Assembly (NCBI GenBank): GCA_963664705.1
Contig: OY761556.1
Coordinates: forward strand, 4,384,001 to 4,448,000
Direction of reading: 5' to 3'
Source: Acidobacteriota bacterium
GTDB lineage: Bacteria > Acidobacteriota > UBA6911
DNA length: 64,000 nucleotides
The position numbers were made by a program, and so were the translations under genes. Shown here piece after piece: positions 1-9,108 of this stretch. Below the pieces are notes generated by a model. That model was not told the DNA's origin, did no database searches, and worked only from the letters and a program-made list of their open reading frames with translations. Every line of letters begins with the position of its first letter. The first letter of the stretch is position 1.

Positions 1-137
1 TGCTCAACCCCACTGAGGAAAATAACGGGATGGCAGAGCTGATTATAGGCAAACAGCGAAACGGACCGATCGGTACCATTCAGCTCGCATTCAGTAAACA
101 GTTTACCAAGTTTGACAACCTGTACCAGGAACAGTAG
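1..137 (+). CDS. dnaB: Replicative DNA helicase DnaB, C-terminal fragment (5' partial)
   Basis: Frame from nt 3 reads ...MAELIIGKQRNGPIGTIQLAFSKQFTKFDNLYQEQ*, the DnaB C-terminal KQRNGP motif. Not in the ORF track. Confidence 0.92.
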   Translation, partial: LNPTEENNGMAELIIGKQRNGPIGTIQLAFSKQFTKFDNLYQEQ

Positions 138-177
138 TCAGTCGCCAGTCACCAGCCTTCAGTGCTAAAATCTCGCC

Positions 178-927
178 ATGAAGATAGCCACTTGGAATGT
201 GAATGGAATCCGCGCCCGGCAGAGCCAGGTACTGGAATGGATCGGTGCCGATCAACCGGACATTATTTGCCTGCAGGAAATAAAGGCTACCCCCGAGCAG
301 GTTCCGGAACCCCTGAGCCAAATCGAAAACTATTGGTGCCATTGGCACGGCGAGCGTGCCTATTCGGGCATTGGATTTTACGTGCGCAAAGAAATCTGCC
401 CGAGTCCACCCACGTTTGAACACCCGGATTTTGATTTCGAAACCCGAATCACCACCCTCCGTCTCGGCAACCTTATAGTAGCCTCGGTATATGTCCCAAA
501 CGGCGGGAAAGACTTCGCAGCCAAAATGCGATTCCTCGAAGCCATGGAACGCTATACGATGGATTGCCTCACCAGGGGGCTGGATCTGATACTCTGCGGC
601 GATATGAATGTGACGCGCACCGACCAGGATGTGCATCCGAAAGAGCGCAAGCTCAATGTCATAGGTCAGAGGCCGGATGAACGCGAACTGTTTGAGCGGG
701 TGATTACCAGTGGAGCCATGGTAGACGTCGGCCGCGCAATGGATCCCAATAACGATCAGCTCTTTACCTGGTGGCCCCCCTGGCGCGGAATGCGCCAGAA
801 GAACATCGGCTGGCGACTGGATTACATTCTCGCCAGCCAACCCGTGGCAGCCCGAATGTCCCAGTGCGTCGTGCTGACACAAACCGGAACGAGCGATCAT
901 GCGCCGGTTATGGCTGTAGTGGATTGA
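178..927 (+). CDS. xth: Exodeoxyribonuclease III (AP endonuclease)
   Basis: MKIATWNVNGIRAR, LQEIK, YVPNG, GDMN, GWRLDY and SDHAPV motifs. Confidence 0.95.
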   Translation: MKIATWNVNGIRARQSQVLEWIGADQPDIICLQEIKATPEQVPEPLSQIENYWCHWHGERAYSGIGFYVRKEICPSPPTFEHPDFDFETRITTLRLGNLIVASVYVPNGGKDFAAKMRFLEAMERYTMDCLTRGLDLILCGDMNVTRTDQDVHPKERKLNVIGQRPDERELFERVITSGAMVDVGRAMDPNNDQLFTWWPPWRGMRQKNIGWRLDYILASQPVAARMSQCVVLTQTGTSDHAPVMAVVD

Positions 928-965
928 GGATTTCGGATTCCAGATTCCGGATTTCAGATTTCAGA
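928..965. repeat. Degenerate heptamer tandem repeat (GATTTCG GATTCCA GATTCCG GATTTCA GATTTCA)
   Basis: Five 7-bp units fill the xth-hydrolase spacer. Confidence 0.75.
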
Positions 966-972
966 GTAATTC

Positions 973-1590
973 ATGCCCACTTTTTTTATTGATGCCGGAT
1001 CCGTGCAATTAGAATCGATCCTTCGGGAGCCTGCATCAGAACCGCGGGGAGCGGTTGTGGTATGCCATCCCCATCCGGTCCATGGCGGAACCATGGATAA
1101 TCGCGTGGTATACCGGGCCGCCAAAGCGGCCGCCCGGCAGGGCTATGCCGCGCTGCGATTCAATTTCAGGGGAGCCGGAAAAAGCACCGGTCAGTTTGAC
1201 CAGGGGATGGGCGAAAGAGAAGACGCGACTGCCGCGCTGCGTTGGATTGAGGAACGCTACCCGGGACTCAATCTGATTATGGTAGGCTATTCATTTGGCG
1301 CCTGGGTTGGCCTGGACGTCGGAAATACGGCGCCAAGCGTGAAGGCGCTGATAGGCGTTGGCATTCCCCTGAACATGTACGATATGGGATACCTGGCAGC
1401 CAGCGAGAAACCAGCGCTCTATATAGTCGGATCCAACGATGAATTTTGTTCCAGGGAAAATCTGGATCGGTTCGAAAGCCGGTTGCCCGTCGTGTCCTCT
1501 GTGCATAGGATTGAGGGGAGTGATCACTTCTTCAATGGGTATATTGACGTTGTGGAAAAACTGATTTCCGACTTCTTTCGGTGGCTGTGA
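973..1590 (+). CDS. Alpha/beta-fold hydrolase
   Basis: HPHPxxGGTMDN, LRFNFRG, GYSFG nucleophile elbow and DHFF. Confidence 0.9.
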   Translation: MPTFFIDAGSVQLESILREPASEPRGAVVVCHPHPVHGGTMDNRVVYRAAKAAARQGYAALRFNFRGAGKSTGQFDQGMGEREDATAALRWIEERYPGLNLIMVGYSFGAWVGLDVGNTAPSVKALIGVGIPLNMYDMGYLAASEKPALYIVGSNDEFCSRENLDRFESRLPVVSSVHRIEGSDHFFNGYIDVVEKLISDFFRWL

Positions 1591-1592
1591 AG

Positions 1593-2606
1593 ATGAAACT
1601 TCAATTGAACCGAGTCTTGGCAGTAGTCATCATTGGCCTGGCTGTATGTGGCTGTCAAAAATCCTTTGCCGCCACGGTACGCTTTGAGAAGGTGACGGAT
1701 CACTGTTATTTCATGCCGCTGAAAAGCGGAGAAAATGTCGCGGCTATCGCAACCGATGACGGAATCGTGATCGTGGATCCACCCTCGGAGCCCGATTTGT
1801 CGCAGGTTTTAGACTCCCTGAAAACCTTGAGTCCAAAACCTGTACGCTGGGTAGTCCTCACAAATCCCCGTTCGGTGCGGTCATCCGGAGCTTCTTACTT
1901 CGCCGAGCATGGAGCCCTGTTGATTGGAGGGGCGCAACTCCGCACCGTTTCGGCCACCATGGCAGGACAGGGCGATAAGGATCCGTCGGCTGCCTATCCA
2001 TGGATTGTTTTCGATCGCCAGATGCACCTCTTCCCTGCCAATCTCGAGATTAGAATCATGTCCGTTGAAGCGAAGGGAACTACGGGGGGAGATGTCATCC
2101 TTCACGTTCCCGCTGAACGTGTGATTTTTATCGGGAAATTCTACGAAGCGGCGCGATATCCGGAGATCGATGCCGAAGCTCAAGGAAATGCCTCAACCTG
2201 GACTGATGCGCTAAAGCAGATTATCGATTCCATCCCTGCCCTGAAACCGGCAATCCCACCCAAGCCGCCCATTTCGGCCAAGGTCATCATTCCACCAAAG
2301 CCGGCGCTCCAGCCGAATGCAGCTGCCCCTCCGGCGAAGATAGATTCAAGGGTGTCCGAGCCGACGGTTGAAGAGGGGATTGCGGTTATTGCGCGATTTG
2401 GAGAAGTTTCAAATCTCCAAAACATGAAAGATATGTTGTCCGCCTGTCAGAAACTTCGTACGGATATTTCCAAAGTCGCCAAATCGGGGCGGTCCTGCGA
2501 AAACTTTCTTGATTCGTCGAGGGCGGATCTGTACCGCGTCTATGGCAACTTCAATTCCTATGCCGCGCGGCTGTGCGAAGGAACCACGGCATTAGCCGAA
2601 AAATAA
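1593..2606 (+). CDS. Exported/lipoprotein metallo-beta-lactamase-fold protein with degenerate metal site
   Basis: Hydrophobic N-terminus with a VCGC lipobox-like segment. MBL pattern (NVAAIATDDGIVIVD...KPVRWVVLT, GTTGGD) is present, but HxHxDH is replaced by NPRSVR. Confidence 0.65.
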   Translation: MKLQLNRVLAVVIIGLAVCGCQKSFAATVRFEKVTDHCYFMPLKSGENVAAIATDDGIVIVDPPSEPDLSQVLDSLKTLSPKPVRWVVLTNPRSVRSSGASYFAEHGALLIGGAQLRTVSATMAGQGDKDPSAAYPWIVFDRQMHLFPANLEIRIMSVEAKGTTGGDVILHVPAERVIFIGKFYEAARYPEIDAEAQGNASTWTDALKQIIDSIPALKPAIPPKPPISAKVIIPPKPALQPNAAAPPAKIDSRVSEPTVEEGIAVIARFGEVSNLQNMKDMLSACQKLRTDISKVAKSGRSCENFLDSSRADLYRVYGNFNSYAARLCEGTTALAEK

Positions 2607-2649
2607 ACCTGGAATCTGAGAACCTACAGCCCGAAAACGAGATTGCAAG

Positions 2650-3390
2650 CTACGCCTTGCGCTCCTTCAGGCTTAATGGAACTTCCAAACCGTGCGCATG
2701 CATAAGCGGCTCGTTTGCCAACATTGGACGGGTCGGCCCATCAGCCCATATCCTGCCCTGATCCATCAAGACCGTTCTGGAACACACCTCAAGTACAAGC
2801 TCCAGATCATGAGTTGCAATAATCTGCGTGGCTTCGAGACCGGAAATAACCTCGATCAGATGACGACGGTTTCGAGGATCCAGGTTGCTTGTCGGTTCAT
2901 CCATCCCGAGAATGGCCGGCTCCATGGCCAAAACGGTAGCAAGCGAGACGCGCCGACGTTCGCCAAGGCTCAAATGATGGGATGATCGGGACCGAAAGGA
3001 CTGATCGAGCCCGGCATCGCGCAATGCTTTCTCAACACGCTGAGGAATTTGAGCCTCCGGCACCGAAAGGTTCAGTGGACCGAAAGCAATATCCTCGAGA
3101 ACCGTGGGACAGAAAAGCTGATCGTTCGGATCCTGAAATAAAAGACCCACCTGCTTCCGGACCTGCTGCAGGTTAGATTGTTCCAGACCGGTGCCCATGA
3201 TTTTGACGCCGCCGGTACCCGTGAGAACGCCGTTCAGATGCAAAAGCAGTGTCGATTTGCCGGCTCCGCTCGGACCAACGATCGCTATTCTCTCTCCACA
3301 GGCGACATCCAGATCAATTCCGTCCAGTGCTTTGGTACCGTCCGGGTAGATATAGGTCAGCCTCGTCAATCGAACCGCATATTCGGTCAT
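2650..3390 (-). CDS. cbiO: ECF transporter ATPase (CbiO/NikO)
   Basis: GPSGAGKST, FQDPNDQLF, LSLGE, DEPT and THD motifs. Confidence 0.92.
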   Translation of the reverse strand: MTEYAVRLTRLTYIYPDGTKALDGIDLDVACGERIAIVGPSGAGKSTLLLHLNGVLTGTGGVKIMGTGLEQSNLQQVRKQVGLLFQDPNDQLFCPTVLEDIAFGPLNLSVPEAQIPQRVEKALRDAGLDQSFRSRSSHHLSLGERRRVSLATVLAMEPAILGMDEPTSNLDPRNRRHLIEVISGLEATQIIATHDLELVLEVCSRTVLMDQGRIWADGPTRPMLANEPLMHAHGLEVPLSLKERKA

Positions 3391-3420
3391 ATTATTCTTC
3401 CATCCGCAGCAACCTGCGCT

Positions 3421-4131
3421 TCATCCATGAAAAATAACGGTAAGACTGATAAACAGGGCCACGCCGGAAACAAATGCAAGGTCATGCCAGGAAAATTTCC
3501 TTGGAGACACTACGGGGAAATCGCCGTTGTATCCGCGTGACAGCATCGCGCCATGCATTCGTTCCGCTCTTTCGAATGAGCGTATCAACAGGGTTCCAAG
3601 CATCGAACTGAGAATTTTCAGCTCCTGGAAAAATGGCGCACGCATGACGCGTCGGCAATCCCGTGCCTGCTTCATTCGCATCGCCTCTTCCGTGAGCACA
3701 AATAGATACCTGTAAAGAAAGCTCAGATTCATTACAAGAATTTGGGGGCATCCCAGTTTTCTCAAAGCACGCAACAGTTCAATAAACCGAGTGGTATTGG
3801 TTAAAAGAATCAGGAGAAGCAGACAGAGAATCGCCCTGACGAAAAGGATCCAGACTCCCATATACCCTTTCCATGGCGCGGCCAGGCTGGCAAGTACGAT
3901 AAAGGGCAGAATCAGCAGGACACGCCCAAGAATGTAATTGAGCGGTACCTGGGAGATTCCCATAAGGATTGCAGTGGCAAAGAAATAGCCGATGAAAAGC
4001 GACCCCTTACCGGCGGGGATGCACAACACCGCAATAATCAGGGACGTAAAAGCCAAAAGCTTGGTGCGCGCCTCCAGAACGTGCAGCGGAGATTCGAGAG
4101 AGGCATAGCGGTCGATAAAATTATGCCTCAT
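3421..4131 (-). CDS. cbiQ: ECF transporter T component (CbiQ/NikQ)
   Basis: SPLH..EARTKL, YRYLFVL and RSFERAERMHGAMLSRGY motifs. Confidence 0.9.
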   Translation of the reverse strand: MRHNFIDRYASLESPLHVLEARTKLLAFTSLIIAVLCIPAGKGSLFIGYFFATAILMGISQVPLNYILGRVLLILPFIVLASLAAPWKGYMGVWILFVRAILCLLLLILLTNTTRFIELLRALRKLGCPQILVMNLSFLYRYLFVLTEEAMRMKQARDCRRVMRAPFFQELKILSSMLGTLLIRSFERAERMHGAMLSRGYNGDFPVVSPRKFSWHDLAFVSGVALFISLTVIFHG

Positions 4132-5033
4132 GACCGATGGCTCCTGCGATGACTCAGAAAACTGACCAGTACTCCGGCGGAAATCAACACCACGAATATT
4201 CCAGTCCGCAGCAGATAATCCGTATACCGGCCGGAGGAAAACAGATTGGCCGGCTCCGGGTTTTCCGCTGCCGCCGGAGCCAGAACCAACAATTTTTCCA
4301 ATGGATCCGGCAGTGCAGAACTCCCCGCAAGCACAAGAATCAATGCAGGGATGGCTACAAAGACCACGGCTCCCACCCAGTCGATAAGCCCAAAACGGCC
4401 GGCCCCATCGATTTTCATCAGATCAGGTCGCACTTTGATCAGAAAACTCAGAACCCCGGCCGTCAGCATTCCTTCGATAATCCCGACCACCAGGTGATAG
4501 CCGGTCATGGTGGTCAGGCCGATTCGCAGCGGAATGGCTCCGGACAAACCCAATTGAAGTGCACAGCACGCCGCCGAGATAATCGTGGACAGCCAGCCGG
4601 ACAGGAACCCGGACAGAAGAAGTCGTTTTCCTTGTGCAGCGCCTCCGCTCAAAAGCCTGAAAATGGCATATCCGCTGAAAGAAGTGACAGCCCCGATGTT
4701 GAAAACATTGGCACCCAGCGCCACCAGTCCTCCATCCTGCAGGAAGAGGGCCTGGGCAATGATCACGGTCGCCATGGTCAGGAAACCCGTCATTGGGCCG
4801 AGGAGTATGGCAAGAAGGGCTCCTCCAATCAGGTGCCCCGAGGTTCCACCCAGCACGGGAAAGTTCAACATCTGCGCAGCAAACACAAATGCAGCGAGTA
4901 CACCCATGACGGGGACCATACGGCCGGACAGGTCTACTTTTGCGCGGCGCGCCGCGCAAAGTATTCCCGCAGCGGATATGACATCCATCGATACCGCTAT
5001 CCGGTTGGTCAGAAAGCCATCTGGTATATGCAC
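4128..5033 (-). CDS. cbiM: ECF S component NikM/CbiM fused to a PDGLE-like (NikN) C-terminus; probably nickel uptake
   Basis: MHIPDGFL N-terminus, QMLNFPV, GTSGH and QDGG motifs, plus a C-terminal PDPLE segment. Confidence 0.88.
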   Translation of the reverse strand: MHIPDGFLTNRIAVSMDVISAAGILCAARRAKVDLSGRMVPVMGVLAAFVFAAQMLNFPVLGGTSGHLIGGALLAILLGPMTGFLTMATVIIAQALFLQDGGLVALGANVFNIGAVTSFSGYAIFRLLSGGAAQGKRLLLSGFLSGWLSTIISAACCALQLGLSGAIPLRIGLTTMTGYHLVVGIIEGMLTAGVLSFLIKVRPDLMKIDGAGRFGLIDWVGAVVFVAIPALILVLAGSSALPDPLEKLLVLAPAAAENPEPANLFSSGRYTDYLLRTGIFVVLISAGVLVSFLSHRRSHRS

Positions 5034-5160
5034 CGGGAAATTTTAGACTAATCAGGCTTAAAAACATAGAGTTAGCGCCTCCCATGGCCATTATTTGAGC
5101 ATAACGATCCTGCTCTCTGGTGTACTATGGATGGTTGAAATCCTGTGACGCGAGGCGTTT

Positions 5161-6399
5161 ATGATTTTCTTCACCGAACTCGAAAACCTTCCGACCCACG
5201 ATGCTAAAGGGGAGTATCTGGGACACCTCGTGGATCTGGCTATCAACCCCAGCCAAAACTCGTTCCAGGTTGCCTATTTCCATGTGATGACGCCCCAAAA
5301 GAAGCTCATGTGTATTTCGCGCGACCAGATTTCCACCATTTCGGTTCGAGCGGCACAAACCAGTGTCCCGGCTATAGAAATAGAAAGTTCGGCTCCAGAC
5401 GAGGGACTGATCTGCATCAAAAAGGACGTTCTCGATCAACAGATCATCGATGTAAACGATCAGAAGGTCGTCCGGGTCATTGATGTGGATTTCGACATCC
5501 AGCCAAGCGATAAACACACGGAACTGCGCATCCTGGCTGTCAATGTCGGAGCTGCCGCGGCGGTGCGTCGCCTGTTGCAGGGATTCATGGCCAAGCATCG
5601 CATCCGCACCATCACATCTGTTCTGCCGACCAAGACGATTCCATGGGAATTTGTAAATCTGATCGAGCCCGACCCCGCAAGGCGCGTAAAACTCCGAATC
5701 TCTTACGACCGGCTGGAAAAGCTGCATCCAGCGGATTTGGCCGATATTCTCGAAGAACTGAGCCGCGATGAGCAGCGATCCGTAATCGAATCGCTGGATG
5801 ACGAGATCGCGGCGGAAGCCGTTTCGGAAATTCCTACGCGCATGCAGGTCGCTTTGTTGAACAGTCTGTCGGCAGGAAAAGCTGCCGACATCGTCGAGGA
5901 AATGGCGCCGGATGAAGCGGCCGACGTATTGCAGGAACTCCCGCCGGAAACCTCAGCCGAGGTTCTGGCGAACATGGAAGCGGAGGAAGCCAACGAGGTC
6001 CGCGAACTGCTCGGATTCGAGGAGAATACGGCGGGTGGCTTCATGACCACGGAGTTCATCGTCCTGCTCGAAAATGCAACGGTGGAAGCCGCCGTTGAAG
6101 CCCTGCGCAATTTCAGCGGTCCGCTAGAAAGCATTCACTCCGTTTACCTGGTCTCGACCGGTCTGGTCCTTACAAGTGTGGTTCCACTGGCCCGACTGCT
6201 CGTTGCGGACCGGGATGCTCCGCTCAATTCGCTGATTACCGAGTCTGTGATCTCGGTACCATTTCATGCCGATGAGAAGACCGTCATTAACATGTTTCAC
6301 AAATACAATTTGCTGGGTCTGCCGGTGGTGGATGATAATGGCCGCCTTCTCGGGGTCGTAACCGCTGACGACGTCTTGGAGCTGGTCATCAACGAATAA
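5161..6399 (+). CDS. MgtE intracellular-domain protein (PRC barrels + MgtE_N + CBS pair, no membrane domain)
   Basis: LHPADLADILEEL, MAPDEAAD, TAGGFMTTE and LPVVD...GVVTADD motifs; no hydrophobic C-terminus. Confidence 0.88.
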   Translation: MIFFTELENLPTHDAKGEYLGHLVDLAINPSQNSFQVAYFHVMTPQKKLMCISRDQISTISVRAAQTSVPAIEIESSAPDEGLICIKKDVLDQQIIDVNDQKVVRVIDVDFDIQPSDKHTELRILAVNVGAAAAVRRLLQGFMAKHRIRTITSVLPTKTIPWEFVNLIEPDPARRVKLRISYDRLEKLHPADLADILEELSRDEQRSVIESLDDEIAAEAVSEIPTRMQVALLNSLSAGKAADIVEEMAPDEAADVLQELPPETSAEVLANMEAEEANEVRELLGFEENTAGGFMTTEFIVLLENATVEAAVEALRNFSGPLESIHSVYLVSTGLVLTSVVPLARLLVADRDAPLNSLITESVISVPFHADEKTVINMFHKYNLLGLPVVDDNGRLLGVVTADDVLELVINE

Positions 6400-6477
6400 A
6401 TTGCCAGCACGATTTGCCAAACAGGGTGCAATTTTTCCGCTATATTGAGTTGTGTCATTCGTAATACGTAATTTGAT

Positions 6478-7740
6478 ATGAATTGGAAACGGTTTCGGCG
6501 GTGGAAAGCCAGCTTTATCATCTTCCTGAGCGTCCTTGGGCCAGGCATTATCACGGCCAACGTGGATAACGATGCCGGAGGCATCTTTACCTATTCCGTA
6601 GCCGGAGCCCGATTTGGCTATTCACTTTTGTGGACTTTGATCCCTATCACGGTGGCATTGATCGTGGTGCAGGAAATGGTCGCCCGCATGGGAGTGGTCA
6701 CGGGCAAGGGGCTGGCAGACCTCATCCGGGAAGAATATGGATTCCGAACAACATTCCTGCTCATGGCACTTCTGCTCCTGACCAATTGGGGCAATACCAT
6801 TTCTGAATTCGCCGGTCTGGCATCGGGCATGTCGGTATTTCACGTCAGCCGCTTCATATCCGTCCCCCTGGGAGCCATCCTGGTATGGCTGCTTGTGGTC
6901 CGAGGCACTTCCCAACTCGTAGAAAAAGTCTTCCTGGCCGCCTGCTTTTTTTACGTTTCGTATCTGATTTCCGGTTTTCTTGCCAAGCCTGATTGGAAGA
7001 TGGCGGCGATGGGGACTCTCGTCCCAAGCATGAAGTTCAGTACCGGCGACCTTTATATGATCATCGGCCTTGTCGGAACTACCATCGCCCCGTGGATGCA
7101 ATTCTATCTTCAAGCCGCTGTGGTTGAAAAAGGGATCAAGCTCGAAAATTATCGACAGTCGCGCTGGGATGTTATTCTCGGCTGCATCATCGTGGACATT
7201 GTTGCATTTTTCATCATTGTTGCCTGTGCGGCAACCATCTATATCAGCGGCCATCAGCGGATAGACAATGCGGCAGACGCCGCTCTCGCACTAAAACCTT
7301 TGGCTGGAAAAGCCGCGAGCGCGCTGTTCGCAATCGGGTTGTGCAATGCCTCCCTATTCGCCGCCAGCATCCTTCCGCTGGCAACGGCTTACACGGTCTG
7401 CGAAGGACTGGGATTCGAATCGGGAATTGACAAACGTCCCCACGAAGCTCCCGCTTTTTATTCCCTCTATACGGGCCTGATCATTCTTGGCGCGCTGGCG
7501 GTGCTTCTCCTGAGTGAGAGCAAGCAGGTACCTATCATCCTGTTTTCCCAGGTTGCCAACGGCATTCTTCTGCCCTTCGTTCTCATTTTCATGCTGAGGC
7601 TTTGCAACCGCGAAGATCTGATGGGTGCACATAAAAACACGCGCACATTCAATGTTATCGCCTGGATTACATGCGCTGTGATCATCCTCCTTACTGCATT
7701 ACTGGTTATCACATCCTTCATGCCCAAGTATCTTCCTTAG
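6478..7740 (+). CDS. NRAMP-family divalent metal transporter (DNDAGG type, Mg-transporter-like)
   Basis: GPGIITANVDNDAGG and GTTIAPWMQFY motifs; about 11 TM segments. Confidence 0.9.
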   Translation: MNWKRFRRWKASFIIFLSVLGPGIITANVDNDAGGIFTYSVAGARFGYSLLWTLIPITVALIVVQEMVARMGVVTGKGLADLIREEYGFRTTFLLMALLLLTNWGNTISEFAGLASGMSVFHVSRFISVPLGAILVWLLVVRGTSQLVEKVFLAACFFYVSYLISGFLAKPDWKMAAMGTLVPSMKFSTGDLYMIIGLVGTTIAPWMQFYLQAAVVEKGIKLENYRQSRWDVILGCIIVDIVAFFIIVACAATIYISGHQRIDNAADAALALKPLAGKAASALFAIGLCNASLFAASILPLATAYTVCEGLGFESGIDKRPHEAPAFYSLYTGLIILGALAVLLLSESKQVPIILFSQVANGILLPFVLIFMLRLCNREDLMGAHKNTRTFNVIAWITCAVIILLTALLVITSFMPKYLP

Positions 7741-7804
7741 GAGTCTCCCGTCTCCTGACTTCTGTGTTAAAATTGACGGCTAAATCATCAAAGAGGAGCA
7801 TGCA

Positions 7805-8992
7805 ATGACCGTCGCCAATGTGATTCAGCAGCAACTTGAGCGCTCATCCTGGATTCGTAAGATGTTCGAAGAGGGCATTCGACTGAAGGCAGAACGGGGG
7901 GCAGAAAATGTTTTTGATTTTTCGCTCGGCAACCCGGCAGAAGATCCTCCTAAAGGTGTGATGTCCACGTTCCGCCGCTTGGCGGAGAAAAATGCTCCTG
8001 GATCCCACGGATATATGCCGAACTCCGGCTACCCTGCCACGCGCAGAGCGGTTGCGCAGCGCTTGCAGAGAGACACGGGCCTCGAGTATACCGAGAATCA
8101 TGTGATGATGACGGTGGGTTGCGCGGGCGCCATGAACGCGGCCCTCAAGGCTCTTTTGGATCCCGGGGATGAGGTCATCGTCCTGATGCCATTCTTTCCT
8201 GATTATCAGTTTTACATTACCAATCATGGTGGCCGAATGGTTTCGGTGGAAACCGATGAAGATTTCTCCATTGACGTTGCCGCGATCGAGGCAAAAATAA
8301 CACCTCGCACCAAGGCCATCATTCTGAACTCACCCAACAATCCAAGCGGAGTCATCTATTCCGAGTCGGTACTGCAAAAGCTGGAATCTCTGCTCCAGCG
8401 CGCCGGGCACACCATTGTGGTGATCAGCGATGAACCCTATAAATCCATCGTTTACGATGGCGGCAAGTGCCCCGAAATAGCGTCTACCATTTCGAACTGC
8501 ATTATTACAACTTCGTGGTCGAAGACCTGGGCCGTAGCCGGCGAGCGCATTGGGTATTTGGCTATTTCGCCCAAGATCCCTGGCGCGGATGCTTTGGCAA
8601 ACGCCTGCAACTTTACCAATCGTATCCTCGGATACATCAATGCGCCGGCGATCTGGCAGTTGGTTGTGGCGGAGGCGCCGGAAGAAATCACCGATCTCGC
8701 AGCATACCAGGAAAAGCGGGACCTCATGTGCGATGGTCTTGCCAAGCTTGGCTATGCAGTGCAAAAACCCCAGGGAGCCTTTTATGTCTTTTTAAAAACT
8801 CCCCTAAAGGATGATCTGGCCTTTTCGCGTATTCTGCAGGAACAGGGCGTTCTCGCAGTGCCGGGTGCCGGATTCGGCCGTGGAGGTTATGTGCGCCTGT
8901 CGCTGACGGTACCAAGAGATACGATTGTTCGCTCCCTGCCGGCATTCGGAAGGGCACTCGAAAAGGTGCCGTCGCTGTCTGCAACAAAGTAG
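7805..8992 (+). CDS. PLP-dependent class I/II aminotransferase (aspartate aminotransferase-like)
   Basis: NSPNNPSG, SDEPY, SWSKT...GERIG and PQGAFY motifs. Confidence 0.92.
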   Translation: MTVANVIQQQLERSSWIRKMFEEGIRLKAERGAENVFDFSLGNPAEDPPKGVMSTFRRLAEKNAPGSHGYMPNSGYPATRRAVAQRLQRDTGLEYTENHVMMTVGCAGAMNAALKALLDPGDEVIVLMPFFPDYQFYITNHGGRMVSVETDEDFSIDVAAIEAKITPRTKAIILNSPNNPSGVIYSESVLQKLESLLQRAGHTIVVISDEPYKSIVYDGGKCPEIASTISNCIITTSWSKTWAVAGERIGYLAISPKIPGADALANACNFTNRILGYINAPAIWQLVVAEAPEEITDLAAYQEKRDLMCDGLAKLGYAVQKPQGAFYVFLKTPLKDDLAFSRILQEQGVLAVPGAGFGRGGYVRLSLTVPRDTIVRSLPAFGRALEKVPSLSATK

Positions 8993-9108
8993 AGATGTTT
9001 TTCGTCGGTTTTGCCGATCCAGTCTAGATGGCCTGAAGAATACAGGGATAGCCTTATAAGTTGAAGTATTGGCAGGCTTTTGTCGTATAATTCAAGCTTA
9101 ATGGGAGG

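Noticed and set aside
3391-3423. The cbiQ TGA is in frame with the cbiO ATG and is followed by a CGCAG-GTTG-CTGCG hairpin (possible Sec readthrough fusion)
   Set aside because: The loop is only about 7 nt from the UGA, too close for a SECIS; no catalytic Cys is expected here; in-frame spacing occurs by chance one time in three.
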